64,000 nt of DNA from Eledone cirrhosa (taxonomy: Eukaryota): contig OZ024749.1 in assembly GCA_964016885.1 (NCBI GenBank), positions 56,713,585 through 56,777,584 of the forward strand. The letters run 5' to 3'. The position numbers and the translations under genes were made by a program. Positions within the stretch are counted from its first letter, which is position 1, and every line of letters starts with the position of its first letter. The notes under the pieces are model-generated. The model was not told where the DNA came from and made no database searches. It worked only from the letters and a program-made list of their open reading frames with translations. This document shows, piece after piece, positions 1 through 12,535 of this stretch.

Positions 1-350
1 TGTTGCTTTTTGTGGCTGCAGTTGGTAATGATGTTGTTGTTGGTAATGTTGTTGTTGTGATGGTGGAGCTGTTGTTGTTGTGATGGTGGTGGGTGGTGGT
101 GGAGCTGTTATTGTTAATGTCATTGTTTTCTACAAGGGGGGTGGTTTATGGCTGAACTCTACACTCCAGCGGAAACACTCGTCTAATTATATAGTGTCCC
201 TGCCGCCTGCAGTACTCAACCGAAGCCTTAACCCCCCTCTCCCCCTCTCTCTCTATATATAGTCATATATTATTCTACAGTTTGCTTTATGGGACATTCC
301 CAACATCAGCTGTCGCCTGCACCTCTAAGATTTCGGCAACTTCCGACAGT

Positions 351-484
<134 letters not shown>

Positions 485-572
485 GTATATATACATACAA
501 TACCGGGAGTTCCCAAAAGATTTCATCTCCGAGCTTCTGGATCACGTGTGACCAATTAGTCAAACTATTTTT

Positions 573-742
573 GTTGTTGTTGTTATTGTCATTCTGGTGG
601 TTACTGTGGCTGTACTTTAGTTGCTGTTGTTGTTGTTATTGTCATTCTGGTGGTTACTGTGGCTGTACTTTAGTTGCTGTTGTTGTTGTTATTGTCATTC
701 TGGTGGTTACTGTGGCTGTACTTTAGTTGCTGTTGTTGTTGC
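573..742. repeat. Tandem repeat, ~53-56 bp unit x3
   Basis: Unit (tgt)n-tattgtcattctggtggttactgtggctgtactttagttgc is repeated three times. Confidence 0.85.
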
Positions 743-1270
743 TGATATATTTGTTATTTAGCCAAGTGATAAACTGAGATGTGATGAAGTTCATGATTAT
801 GATGATTATGATGTTGGTGATGATGAGCGTGATGTTTATGATGCTGATGTTGATGATAAGGGGGGTGATGATGATGATGATGCAGATGATTATTATTATT
901 ATTATTATTATTATGATAATGTGGGGGGGGGGGTAGTGGTGGTGGCGATGGTAATAATGAATTTCTACAAAATAGTATAAAAAGTAGCCGAGTGTCAGAT
1001 GGTCTGTCTATTGCTGATACTATCTTCCAGCGCAACCACTGAGGAAAGGACCCGATCTGATGACTGGACAAAGTAAACTATCGTTCCATTGGTCTGTCCC
1101 TTGCGGTACTATCTGCCGGTCGCAACTCATGGCAGTATGGAAGGCATAAAGCCGCAATAAATACGATAACCTGGTGTTACCAGTCGATGATTCTCTTTGA
1201 TCATTTTTATCTAAAATATTGAATTGATTATACATATTTATCTGGAGTGAGAATACAATCTGAGATAAAA

Positions 1271-1410
1271 TACGAGGGGGCTTCAAAAAGTTCGTGGAAA
1301 AAAGACAGTTGGAAGAAACGGTTTAAGTTATGTTTGTTTTTCAACATATGCTCCATCTAGGTCAATATATTGAAGGCCATGCGATTTAAACCATGTCAAA
1401 GTAGCTTCTT
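1271..1410 (+). mobile_element. Mariner-like terminal fragment
   Basis: Begins TA-CGAGGGGGCTTCAAAAAGTTCGTGGAA, resembling mariner TIRs, followed by ttttcaacatatgctcc. No partner TIR found. Confidence 0.5.
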
Positions 1411-1949
1411 TTTTTTATATATTCAACTGGGGATCATCTCTTCCACTTCTAAACTAATTTATCGATTTCTAGGTTGTTGATTTTGTCGGAAAGTTATGAA
1501 AGTCTACACCTCCAAAAATATTAAGATTAATACGGTTATTGATGCAACTGACCGTGGCCATTGGAGTACTTTCGCTGCCTCCTGGGTCACAAGACACCAG
1601 AGCTTCTAAGTCTAAATCAAAATATAGACCATCACCTGATTTAATACCAACAACTCCACTCAAATGCCACCTAATGGTAAACTCAGTTATTCATTTTTTT
1701 TTACTTGCCATGCTTTCCTGTAAGGACACGTTTTAGATGTTCAGATATTACACTCGAAATTTTCTAGATATAGGATATATTTGGAGATGCTGTATCTCAT
1801 GGAGGGAAATCATAGATGTTGGTTTATATATACACTATACTGGACGATCAGTTTAGATAAAACGAGAAGAATACACTTAAAATTTTGACATTCTGACGTA
1901 ACTAACAACACAACATTTACATAATATTCTGATGTTCTGACACACACCT

Positions 1950-2026
<77 letters not shown>

Positions 2027-2127
2027 TGCATACTTTCCTCCGTTCATTACATATTCATTAAGCCTTCGATGCGTCATACACTTTCGCATCTACTGATTCA
2101 TAGGTTCACATATTCATACACAACTGC

Positions 2128-2158
<31 letters not shown>

Positions 2159-2257
2159 ACATTACATATATATTCATATATTCAAACACAAATACATAAA
2201 TTTACTGTAGTATATGAAGGATATATGTGCACGTCAGAACATACTCTTGTGTGTGTA

Positions 2258-2304
<47 letters not shown>

Positions 2305-2345
2305 GGAGGTTTCTGCATAGTTTCCGATTATTCTCCCACCGAGTT

Positions 2346-2600
2346 TGAGTTCAAATCCCGCCGAGGTTAGCTTTGCTTTCATCCTTACGGGGTCGATAAT
2401 ATAAAATACCAGTCATACACTGAGGTCGATGTAATCGACTTGACCCTCCCCAAAAATTTGTTGACCTTGTGCCTAAATCAGAAACCATTATTATTCGCCG
2501 AGATTAACTTTGTCTTTCATCCTTACAGGGTCAATAAAATAAAGTACCAGTCATACACTGAGGTAATTGCTGGCCTTGTACCAAAAATAGAAACTATTAT
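2346..2600 (+). mobile_element. tRNA-derived SINE (major family), partly tandem copy
   Basis: B-box tgagttcaaatcc, body gccgaggttagctttgctttcatccttacggggtcgataa...taccagt, tail ggccttgtgcc...agaaac(att)n. The body occurs twice. Confidence 0.85.
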
Positions 2601-3319
2601 TATTATCATCATCATCATTAGTAATTTCTTTTGGATATTTTGCATCAAGGGCTATTTTCTTTTGTTCCATTTTTCTTTTTTACGACAACGGGTTATCGCT
2701 GGGGTTGTGTTTGTATAACGAGACCTTTCAGTTATCAAGCAGATGCTCCCACATTGCTAGACTATAATTATTGTTGTTGTTTTGATTGTCAGCGGCTCTG
2801 CCAAAGCCCGTTCTCTACAAGGCAAGAGTAAGCTGCGTTGTTTCAATTTCGATCATCCTGGCGTCTAAGCGACGCCATCTAGCGGACATGGTTTGGTGGG
2901 TTGGTCATCCCTCAGTTAAAGGGGGTTAATATGGTCACGGCAAAAATAGGCGGGCTCTGTCACGACAGGATGTGAGAGGATGTAGGAGGAGGAGGAGGTG
3001 TAACAATCGACAGCCTGTCTATCTTTTAATATATATTTAGCATTAGTTTTACATTTTTGTTTTATTACTATTTTTATTATTTATTTGCCAGTATTTCTAG
3101 TTTTCTATCTCAATGAGAGTTCTCTTACCCCCCTCTCTCAGTAATTATTTATGTGGTATAACTAACCCACCCCACACACTCTCTCCCTATATATATATAT
3201 ATATAGTTGCTAATTACGGAGTTGTTTATCGTTAAGAGTTACATTGTGAGTTCTCGTTGATAAACAGGTGTAAACAGGTAAGAGCACTCCACGTCAGTCA
3301 TATACATATCCAGCATTGC

Positions 3320-3950
3320 GGTGATGACTAAAAGCGACGGAGTTTCTATGTATGAATTAACGTTAAGATGTATGTTACATCAAACATGTCAAACTGAGGA
3401 TCCCCGAAGGTCCGCCTGGGTCACATATGTGTTGTCTGAGGGCCGCACACGACAACTAATTAAAGTCATTTAATAAAATTTATTGCAGAAAAATGTGTTA
3501 CTTAAATTTAAAACCTTACAATGTTTTACAAGGTTTATAAGTATGGATTTTCATAAGATATTCGTAGTTGTCTCAGTGGCCTAGCGGTAGGTACTAGAGG
3601 CGGTGGTGATCCTAGTCAAGAGGTACATGTAGTCTTTTTCTGTTTTTATTTTACATCCCATAGAAAAAAAAACTGAAAAGGTTTACCGGGAACCCTACCC
3701 AACCAGGATCACCACCGTCTATGATTCCCCCAACTCGGCCGCAGAGACAGCTACAAAAATATTATGAAAATTAATAATTATAAACCTACTTTCAACTAAT
3801 TGCACACATTACAACTAGTTATTTTTATTTTATGTTACGAAGATAAAACATGTTCGCGCTGTTTTACGATTAAGTACCCTATATCTTAACGTAAATTCAC
3901 AGACACAGAATCTTATACATTCATATACACATATACACATCCATAAAGTC
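3320..3950. mobile_element. Foldback/MITE-like element with two convergent tRNA-like segments
   Basis: Nested imperfect inverted repeats: 3340-3377 vs 3875-3912 and 3530-3610 vs 3705-3788. 3420-3753 is an inverted homolog of 5048-5408. Confidence 0.65.
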
Positions 3951-3954
3951 ATTA

Positions 3955-4003
<49 letters not shown>

Positions 4004-4006
<3 letters not shown>

Positions 4007-4226
4007 GAAATAACAGTAGGCTGGACTGGTGTAAATCCTTGAAAGGTTTATTATACTATGATCATTTCAATGACCAGGTTCCATATGAATCCGGTGATAT
4101 CATCAGGTAGTGGAATATAACAAAGGAATATGTAAAAAGCCATGGGTCCGAAAAACCATGGGTCCGGGAAACCAGAGAGAGAGAGGGCGGCTGACCAACT
4201 AGCTTCACAGCTAGCCGCCCTCAAAG
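4004..4226 (-). mobile_element. Penelope-like terminal repeat fragment embedded in (TA)n
   Basis: TA-flanked island containing a hammerhead motif followed closely by AATAAA on the minus strand, plus a GC hairpin gagggcggct...agccgccctc. Confidence 0.6.
4054..4109 (-). ncRNA. Type I minimal hammerhead ribozyme motif
   Basis: Minus strand reads tac CTGATGA t-atcaccggattcatatggaacctggtcat-t GAAA tgatca TA gta. Intact core, stem II accgg/ctggt, palindromic stem III (atgatcat), AUA cleavage triplet, 3-bp stem I tac/gta. Confidence 0.7.
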
Positions 4227-4253
4227 TATATATATATATATATATACCAATGA

Positions 4254-4318
4254 TTTTCCTGATGATTTATTACGAATGAAACAGCTCTAGTCCTGTAAAG
4301 ATCATTCCTATAGTAAAA
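4254..4318 (+). ncRNA. Hammerhead motif family A, degenerate stem I
   Basis: CTGATGA (4259-4265) tttattacgaat GAAA cag ctctagtc ctg TA. Homologous to 5408, 14177, 45500 and 58937. Confidence 0.55.
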
Positions 4319-4323
4319 TGAAC

Positions 4324-4366
<43 letters not shown>

Positions 4367-4964
4367 GATAGATAGATAGCACATCGTAGAGGGCTACTGG
4401 TCCATTTACATTAAACTGGAAATGAATTGGTAAGAGAAATATCTGACAGCATGGTGTCTGTGTAACACAACATATTGACGACGGGGCTGATCAAGAAAAA
4501 TGTCAGCTATTGATTCTCAATATACTTTGTCAATATCGACCAAGTGATAAAGGCCATATTCAAATGACCAGCTAAGTGGATTTCCCTGTTAAAGAAGGCA
4601 AAGACAAGAATTTCATTAGCTGCAAGATCTCGTTTCTTTCATTTCGTCTCAGCCTCTCCCCCCCCTCTCTCTCTCAGCCACCACATATCTCTCTCTATCT
4701 ATCTATCTCTCTCTCTCGACGTATATGTTTATACATATATATATCTTTATTCTCTCTCTATATATATCTATATATCTATCTATATCTATATATCTATCTA
4801 TATCTATCTATATATCTATATATATCTATATATATCTATCTATATATATATATCTATATATCTATCTATCTATCTGTATATCTATATATCTATATATATC
4901 TATCTATATATCTATATATCTATCTATATATATCTATCTATCTATCTATCTATATATCTATATA

Positions 4965-5044
4965 TCTATGTTTATCCCAGGTTGAATCGGGGGTAACCAC
5001 AGTAAGTAAGGTACTCAATACAAAGCAGAGTATAAATGTTTAAT
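4965..5044 (-). mobile_element. 3' tail of hammerhead family A element (inverted)
   Basis: Reverse complement closely matches 58993-59070 (tatactctgc...tattgagtaccttacttactgtggttacc...gattcaacc). Confidence 0.75.
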
Positions 5045-5047
5045 GAA

Positions 5048-5407
5048 TAGCTGTCTCGGCGGCCGAGTTAGAGCAATCATAGACGGTGGTGATCCAGGTC
5101 TGAAGTTCGATCCTGGTCGGGTGTATGGTTCCTGGTAACCCTTTTCAGTTTTTTTCTATAGGATGTAAAATGAAAACTGAAAATGATTACATGTACTCTA
5201 GGATTGAACCCAAGACCAGGAACTCCACCGTCTCTAGTACCTACCGCTAGGCCACTGAGACAGCTACGAATATCTTATAAAACTTCATACTAATAAACCT
5301 TGTAAAACATTGTTTCTAAATTTAAGTAACAAATATTTTCTGCTATAAATTTTATTAAATGACTTTAATTAGTTGTCGTGTGCGGCCCTCAGACAACACA
5401 TGTGACC
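5048..5407. mobile_element. Double convergent tRNA-like module, second copy
   Basis: Plus strand: A-box-like ggccgagttag and B-box gttcgatcc (5105-5113). Minus strand: A-box tggcctagcgg (5244-5254) and B-box ggttcaatcc (5201-5210). T-runs lie between them. Inverted homolog of 3420-3753. Confidence 0.7.
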
Positions 5408-5465
5408 CTGATGATTTCTCCCGAATGAAACAGTTCTAGTCCTGTGGAAGTCTCTTCTATATTAT
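5408..5465 (+). ncRNA. Hammerhead motif family A, probably inactive (GUG triplet)
   Basis: CTGATGA t-ttc-tccc-gaa-t GAAA cag ttctagtc ctg TG. G at position 17 and no stem I. Confidence 0.5.
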
Positions 5466-6061
5466 ATATATAGTCTCTCTCTATCTACCTACCTATCTAT
5501 TTCTATCTCTCACTATATGTCTGTCGGTATAGATGTCTATTTTTCTGCCTGGATTCTGGATTTATATTTCTCCCCCTTTCTCTCTGATTCCACCTCCACC
5601 CTCCACTCCAAATTTTCTCTGCAATGACTGCCATACCGAAATACGAAGTCAATATTTGTTGATGACAACAGATGCTGTGACTGACAAATAAGTTACAGTG
5701 ATGATGATGATGATGATGACGGTGATGGTGATTATATTGATTGGGGAGGTACAAGTGATGTTAATGGTGGTGGTGATGGTGATGATGATGGTGCTGGTGG
5801 TGGTGGTGATGATGACGGTAATAATGATGATGATGATGCTGTTATAACTACTAAGACTTCTAGTTTGGTGTTTATTAAATGTACATTAAAAAGTTGCCGC
5901 CATTCTCTGTACAGTTTATTGTACTGGGATAAAGTGATTTATTTCACTTCGATTCAGCTTCATTTGCATTTCTTTCTTTCTTTTTTTTTCATAGAAGAAA
6001 CCTTTCGTGGATAAGAAATTACATTCTTTTATTTTTAAATACTAATGTTAAATTCAATCCA

Positions 6062-6300
6062 ATAATAATAATGGTTTCAGATTTAGGCACAAGGCCAGCA
6101 ATTTTTTTGGAGTGTGTGTGTGTGTGTGTGGGGGGGGGGGGGTCAATAAAATCGACTCCAGTGTGTTCCTGCTACTTTATTCTATCGACCCTGCTAAGAT
6201 GAAAGGCAAAGCTAACCTCGGTGGGATTTGAACTCAGACTGTAAAGGTCCATAACTTTATACCTCAAAGCATGTCATCATACGCTCTACAGATACTGCCG
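6062..6300 (-). mobile_element. tRNA-derived SINE (major family)
   Basis: Reverse complement of the family consensus: ggatttgaactcag, gatgaaaggcaaag, ggcacaaggccagcaatt. Confidence 0.8.
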
Positions 6301-6541
6301 ATGATGATATATTTATTATAATAAAACACATGGGTTTATTTTTTTATTGCTCACATGGGCCACCATATAAAATACAATATGAATTCTATATGAATGTGAT
6401 ATCAGTTTCGCCCTTTCTACCCTCATTTCATGAAACGTTCACTCCAATCACACGCTGTTCCGAGTGAGACTTCAAAATATTAATGAGTGTTTAATTACAT
6501 TGAGAAAGCCAGGATTTCAATTGTTTTTAACACATTCGTAA

Positions 6542-6745
6542 TACGAGGCTAAGCTGAAAAGTTCATAGGGGGCTGACTCTGATGGAATGATGCAATGTTG
6601 TGAAATCCTGCATGTATTAATTTAAATACGACTTATTAATAACTGCATTGTTTCTTTCCAGGGACTATGTTGAAAAATAAACCTCGTTTGATTATTCCAT
6701 GAGAGTATCTTGGTTAGCCTAACCATTTCTCAGCCGACCCTCGTA
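6542..6745. mobile_element. Mariner-type MITE
   Basis: TA-flanked imperfect TIRs tacgaggctaagctgaaaagttcatagg / cctaaccatttctcagccgaccctcgta. Inverted second copy at 35732-35926. Confidence 0.8.
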
Positions 6746-6880
6746 TCGTGATGTCTTCCCTATGTCTACAGTCTTTGCAGCTGTGATTGTAGTACCGAGG
6801 AATGATAGGAAATAGTGTTTACATACATCACAGAATATATACACCCCTACTATAGAAAGCGCTACCTTAGTGATACTGGT

Positions 6881-7297
6881 TATATATATATATATATAAA
6901 TGTATATATAGTGTATTTTGCAATACACTGTATGCTTAATTAAAAGCATTTCGAAGACCTTACGCTATTGTTTTAGAGTAGTGACAGTCTCACTTACTTT
7001 AAATTTTCAGCAAACAAGGGGAGATAAAGCTGACAGAGCTCTGTTTCGTACTTTTTGGTACTTATCAAAGCTAAGTACTCCACCTGTTTGCTGAAAATCA
7101 TGGAGTACTTAGCTTTGATAAGTACAAAAAAGTACGAAACAGAGCTCTGTCAGCTTTATCTCCCCTTGTTTGCTGAAAATTTAAAGTAAGTGAGACTGTC
7201 ACTACTCTAAAACAATAGCGTAATGTCTTCGAAATGCTTTTAATTAAGCATACAGTGTATTGCAAAATACACTATATATACATTTATATATATATAT
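6881..7297. repeat. Near-perfect long palindrome (~200 bp arms, 18 nt spacer) flanked by (TA)n
   Basis: 6881-7082 is the reverse complement of 7101-7297, with about two substitutions seen by eye. Confidence 0.95.
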
Positions 7298-7316
7298 CGC
7301 TATTTCAGAGCACCAA

Positions 7317-7352
<36 letters not shown>

Positions 7353-8008
7353 ACACAAAAGACATGAAAAAACACAAAGTCTTATTAGTTTCATGTTTAG
7401 GAAGAAATATATGTGGGTTTCGATGTGTCGGACATAAGTCCTTCGTTAGGAAATGAAGAGTTAGGAGAATGGGAAAAGGTAGAAACAACGGAGTTTGGAA
7501 AAGACAGAAAAGGAGGGTGGGAGGAAGAGAGGGAGAGACATAGTGGGAGGAGATAAATCGATAGGCAGATGATAGATAAATGATAGTTAGATATCCATAC
7601 AAACACATATATACCAACATTGTACATGAATTAAACAAAAAACTGATCTTAAGACTCGTCAAGTTGTGGAATAATCTATTCTAGTGACTGTGTTTCCTAT
7701 GTGAAGAATAAGATTCTCGTTTCTCTTCTGAGCACGTACGACAGAAGCCATAATCAGAACAATTGAATGTTTCTACGTTTCTCACGTAGTGACATTCATT
7801 GCGACAAACAACACAGTACAATAAAGAAATATATTAGTTTAACTCTTGATATAGTAGGAAAAGAATGTTATTAACGTACCGGATACTAGTCCTTCATCAG
7901 AAGATAGAATGAGAAATAAAACATTAAATAGAAAGATAGAGAGTGAGAAGAAGGAACGGAAAAACTTGTGTGAGAAAAAATACGTGTGAATTCTTCAGCC
8001 AGCCATTT

Positions 8009-8051
<43 letters not shown>

Positions 8052-8125
8052 TATTATATATATATATTATTATTCTTATTTATTATATATATATATATTA
8101 TTATTATTACTATATATATATATAT

Positions 8126-8174
<49 letters not shown>

Positions 8175-8199
8175 CAAAGAGAGAGAAAGAGAGAGACAG

Positions 8200-8255
<56 letters not shown>

Positions 8256-9519
8256 CGAGAGAGAGAGAGCGAGATAGAGCGAGAGAGAGCGAGAGAGAGA
8301 GAGCGAGAGAGAGAGCGAGAGCGAGAGAGAGCGAGAGAGAGAGCGAGAGCGAGAGAGAGAGATAGAGATCGAGTGAGCGAGAGAGAGAGATAGAGATCGA
8401 GTGAGCGAGAGAGAGATAGAGATCGAGTGAGCGAGAGAGAGAGAGAGAGATAGAGATCGAGATCGAGTGAGCGAGAACGAGAGAGGGAGAGCGAGAGAAA
8501 GAGAGAGCGAGGCAGTCAAAATCAATCATTCATGTTTCTGTAAAAATTATATGTAGAAATAAAATACCAATATAATTTAATTCCAAACACTTGTTAAACA
8601 ATGAAAGTACATTTTCAATAAAGCAATTTTCAGCGAAATTTATCGCCGAAAATTATTTAATTCGTCTTCTCTGTAGAGCGAGTTTCCCAGAAATGCTTCC
8701 GGTAGCGATGTTTGTGTTAACATGTCGGCTAATATATTTTGTATGACATCTTGTTTCATATAAATCTATGTCGTTGACATTTAATAAGAATGTTAAATTT
8801 TCTATATTGCTTCTATTGTGTTTGTTTCTGTTTAGGTTTTCATATTATTTCTGATTTGTTCGTTGTATACTTATAAATTTTGTTTAAGGAAAATGACAGC
8901 GATTTTATAAGAGAAACGGTAGACAGCAGAGCTACAATAAGTAGGTTGAATGTACTGTAATCAATGTTGTTTATAAATTATTTGTTATTGTTTTTATTCT
9001 TATTTTTATTGGGCCTTCTACGTTCTCAAATGTAATTTTCAAAAATGGGTAGTTAACTACACACGTGTTTTCTTCACGATGAAAAAGATTTTATTCGGTT
9101 TCCTTTTTTCTTACTCATGTATAGCATTCTATTTCTTCTTCACCCTCTCTCAATGAAAGACTAATGTCTGAAACGTTAAGACCCTTTTGCTACTCCATCC
9201 AGCGTTAAGCTAATATATATCATTATCATAATTTGTTGCCTCATCCTGTTTACTTTTCTCATAGTGTTTAGCTAAGTACAATATCTATTGTTATACACTA
9301 TCAAAAGTATATACACTATGTACATATACGCACTATATAATATATATATACCCTTTGTACAGATTGTATAAACTATATACGATGTTGAAGAGGAAGGCAA
9401 TGGCCGATACAGCTTGGCACTGAGACGTCACAACACATATACACACTATATATTATATATACACTATGTACAGTATATATATACACTATATATGATGTTA
9501 TCCAATGAACAGACAAAGA

Positions 9520-9642
9520 CCGATACAGCACCAGAGACGTGACAACTCATTTCTACAGCTGACTAAACAGAAACAACGTGAAATAAAGTGTCTTGCTCAA
9601 GGACACACTCACACATCACCTGGTCCGGGAATCGAACCCACA
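9520..9642 (-). mobile_element. tRNA-derived SINE, second family
   Basis: Minus strand has B-box gggttcgattcc and body tgtccttgagcaagacactttatttcac. Homologous to 50030-50190 (+). Confidence 0.7.
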
Positions 9643-10265
9643 ACATTATAAATAATATACAAATATATGACTAAATAAATCAGAAACAATTTCTACATCT
9701 GTCATAGATTCTTTACGTCTTCTGCCTTTATGTAATGACAAACACTCATAGAAAAGACGTAGAAAGAATACAAATAGAACGAAAGAAAAGAAAATTTATA
9801 ACAAACTATAAAAAAAGAAACCAACACTAAAAGTCCAGTCAGTTTGACATGTCAAGTCGCCATTTTACTTGCGCTTTTTTTTCTGCTCTTGTCACCATTT
9901 AATTCCTCATACATACATGCATAGAGAGAGACAGTGACATGCGTACAGATACATACATACACACGTACAGGCACATACATACATAAAGACTTACGTACAT
10001 ACATATGTTCACATACATACATACACATGTACAGACACATACATACATATGTTCAGATGCACACATACACACGTACAGACACATACATACGTACGTACAC
10101 ACACAAAGATATACGTACATACATATGTTCACATTCATACATACACACGTACAGACACATAAATCTATACCAACGCATACATAAGTACAGACACACAAAC
10201 TCTGCTTCTCCCTTTGTCATATGTTCTCTCACATAAATCCTCTCATATCTTCCCAATCCTTTCAA

Positions 10266-10296
<31 letters not shown>

Positions 10297-10989
10297 TACT
10301 CTCTCTCTCCCTATCTCACTCTCACTGCCACCCCCCCCTCTCTCTCTCTGTTACTAATTCACTTATATATCTCTTCACTCTTTCCACATTTATAGTACTT
10401 CTTTTTTATTTCTCCTTTCTCCATATTTGGCGTTCTGCTATTCTATCGTTGCTCTCTTTCACTTATATTCTCTCTTTCTCTTTCTCTCTCTCTCTCTATC
10501 TACATATCTCTCCCTCACTCTCTGTATCTATCTGCGTATCTATCTCTATCTCCCTTCCCCTCTCTCTTTCTCCATCTATGAATATATCTCTTCGTTCTTT
10601 CACTCTACCTCTCACTCTCCTTCACTCTCACTCTCACTCTCTCTCTCCTAGTCTGATCTCACACTTTCACCTCCTTTATCAATTGCCAGCTATTTTCACT
10701 GGCCTAAAGAATAGACCAGCTTTTGTTTGGTTGCAGCCAAGCTGTGTACCGAGTACTGAGACCAACTTGATATCCAGAAGCAAGCGAAACTGCAGAAATG
10801 ACTGTTTTTGCATCGAAGCAATAGAAAACTGCGCATAAAAGAAAGACTAACTGAGAAGAAGGTAAAGAAAGTGGGTGGCGTGTATGGTGGGACGGGGGTC
10901 CCCTGGATAGTATTTATGTGGGACTGTCAGTGGGTTTTGTATGATTTCAGTTGGGTTGGGTTGAATTCAATGAATATATATTTGGCCGG

Positions 10990-11033
10990 ATATGTATGTA
11001 CGTACGTACCTATATATACATATATATATATAC

Positions 11034-11064
<31 letters not shown>

Positions 11065-11211
11065 CATATATATATATACATATATATATACATGTATATA
11101 TATACATATATATATATACATATATATACATACATATACATACATACATATACATACATATACATACATATACATATATATACATACATATACATATATA
11201 TGCATATATAA

Positions 11212-11266
<55 letters not shown>

Positions 11267-11411
11267 AATATACATACATATACATACATACATATACATA
11301 CATACATATACATACATACATACATATACATACATACATATACATACATATATATACATACATATACATACATACATATACATACATACATATATATACA
11401 TACATACATAC

Positions 11412-11455
<44 letters not shown>

Positions 11456-11477
11456 TTACATTCATATATATACATAC

Positions 11478-11512
<35 letters not shown>

Positions 11513-11513
11513 C

Positions 11514-11546
<33 letters not shown>

Positions 11547-11781
11547 CATACATACATATACATACATACATATATATACATACATATACATACATACATA
11601 TACATACATATACATACATATACATACATATATATACATACATATACATACATACATATACATACATATACATACATACATATACATACATACATATACA
11701 TACATACATATACATACATACATATATATACATACATATACATACATACATATACATACATACATATATATACATACATAC

Positions 11782-11842
<61 letters not shown>

Positions 11843-11857
11843 CATATATTTACATAC

Positions 11858-11892
<35 letters not shown>

Positions 11893-11929
11893 CATACATA
11901 TACATACATACATATATATACATACATAC

Positions 11930-11962
<33 letters not shown>

Positions 11963-11972
11963 CATATATATA
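10990..11972. repeat. Degenerate (TA/TACA)n microsatellite array
   Basis: About 1 kb of TA/CA simple repeat. Source of the spurious YIHT-type ORFs. Confidence 0.95.
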
Positions 11973-12535
11973 TGGTGGCTGCCAACTCGTTTTCGAGTAC
12001 GGCCACTATTTTATATCCATGTAGGAGAACCCCTACCGATGCGCTGAACGAGTGTGACTTTTTAGTCTAGCCAGCGACTTGAAAACTCTGGTACAAACAC
12101 TACACTTGTGACAATTATTGACACATAGTGCTGGGCCCATGGTACCATGTGACGACAAGTGCAGAGAGATCTCCAGATATAAAGCAATGCCTGTGCCGTG
12201 AAGCTTTTATAGTGAGCAAAGGCACTGCACAAAGCCAGTCCCACTCTCTTAACCAAGATGATATTTACCAAAAAGAAGAACAAGTCAACATCATTGGATA
12301 CCATCAGCGTTGCAGGTGTTATATCAGAGTTTTCCTTCTCCTAGAATTCTGCCTTGACAAAGGCTAAGGGGTCATCTCTCCCGGTGATTTTGGATGGCCA
12401 TTGACTCTTAAGAGCTCCTTTGCCCTTTTGACAGGTTTTGTTTTTAGTCCTGCAGGATGTTCAACCTGTCCCATGGTCGGGTCGTTGGCGACTAAACTGG
12501 CAACCCCACTAAGGTTTCTTGGTGAGGAGGGTGAC
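11973..12535 (-). mobile_element. Non-autonomous bipartite RTE-type retroelement, copy 1 (5' inversion)
   Basis: Minus strand has the RTE 5'UTR-like motif tctaggagaaggaaaactctga joined to an ORF end encoding CSVCTRVFKSLA(G/R)[10 protein letters not shown] (RTE C-terminal C2H2-like motif) and a 3' stem-loop ctcg-aaaa-cgag. Nearly identical copies at 32682 and 51712. Confidence 0.8.

Noticed and set aside
1053-1083. Possible hammerhead cgat-CTGATGA...atcg
   Set aside because: It has TAAA instead of GAAA and no room for stem III or a cleavage triplet.
5048-5270. Bona fide tRNA genes
   Set aside because: A/B boxes are present but no acceptor stem or cloverleaf could be folded. Treated as tRNA-derived repeat.
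10690-10830. Possible minus-strand exon after a polypyrimidine tract and cag
   Set aside because: Weak donor site, no recognisable peptide and no partner exons.
12062-12367. Repeated 79-80 aa ORFs (MVSNDVDL..., MLGPWYHV...) also at 32.8 and 51.8 kb
   Set aside because: They recur only because the element copies are young. The recognisable RTE motif lies in a different frame.
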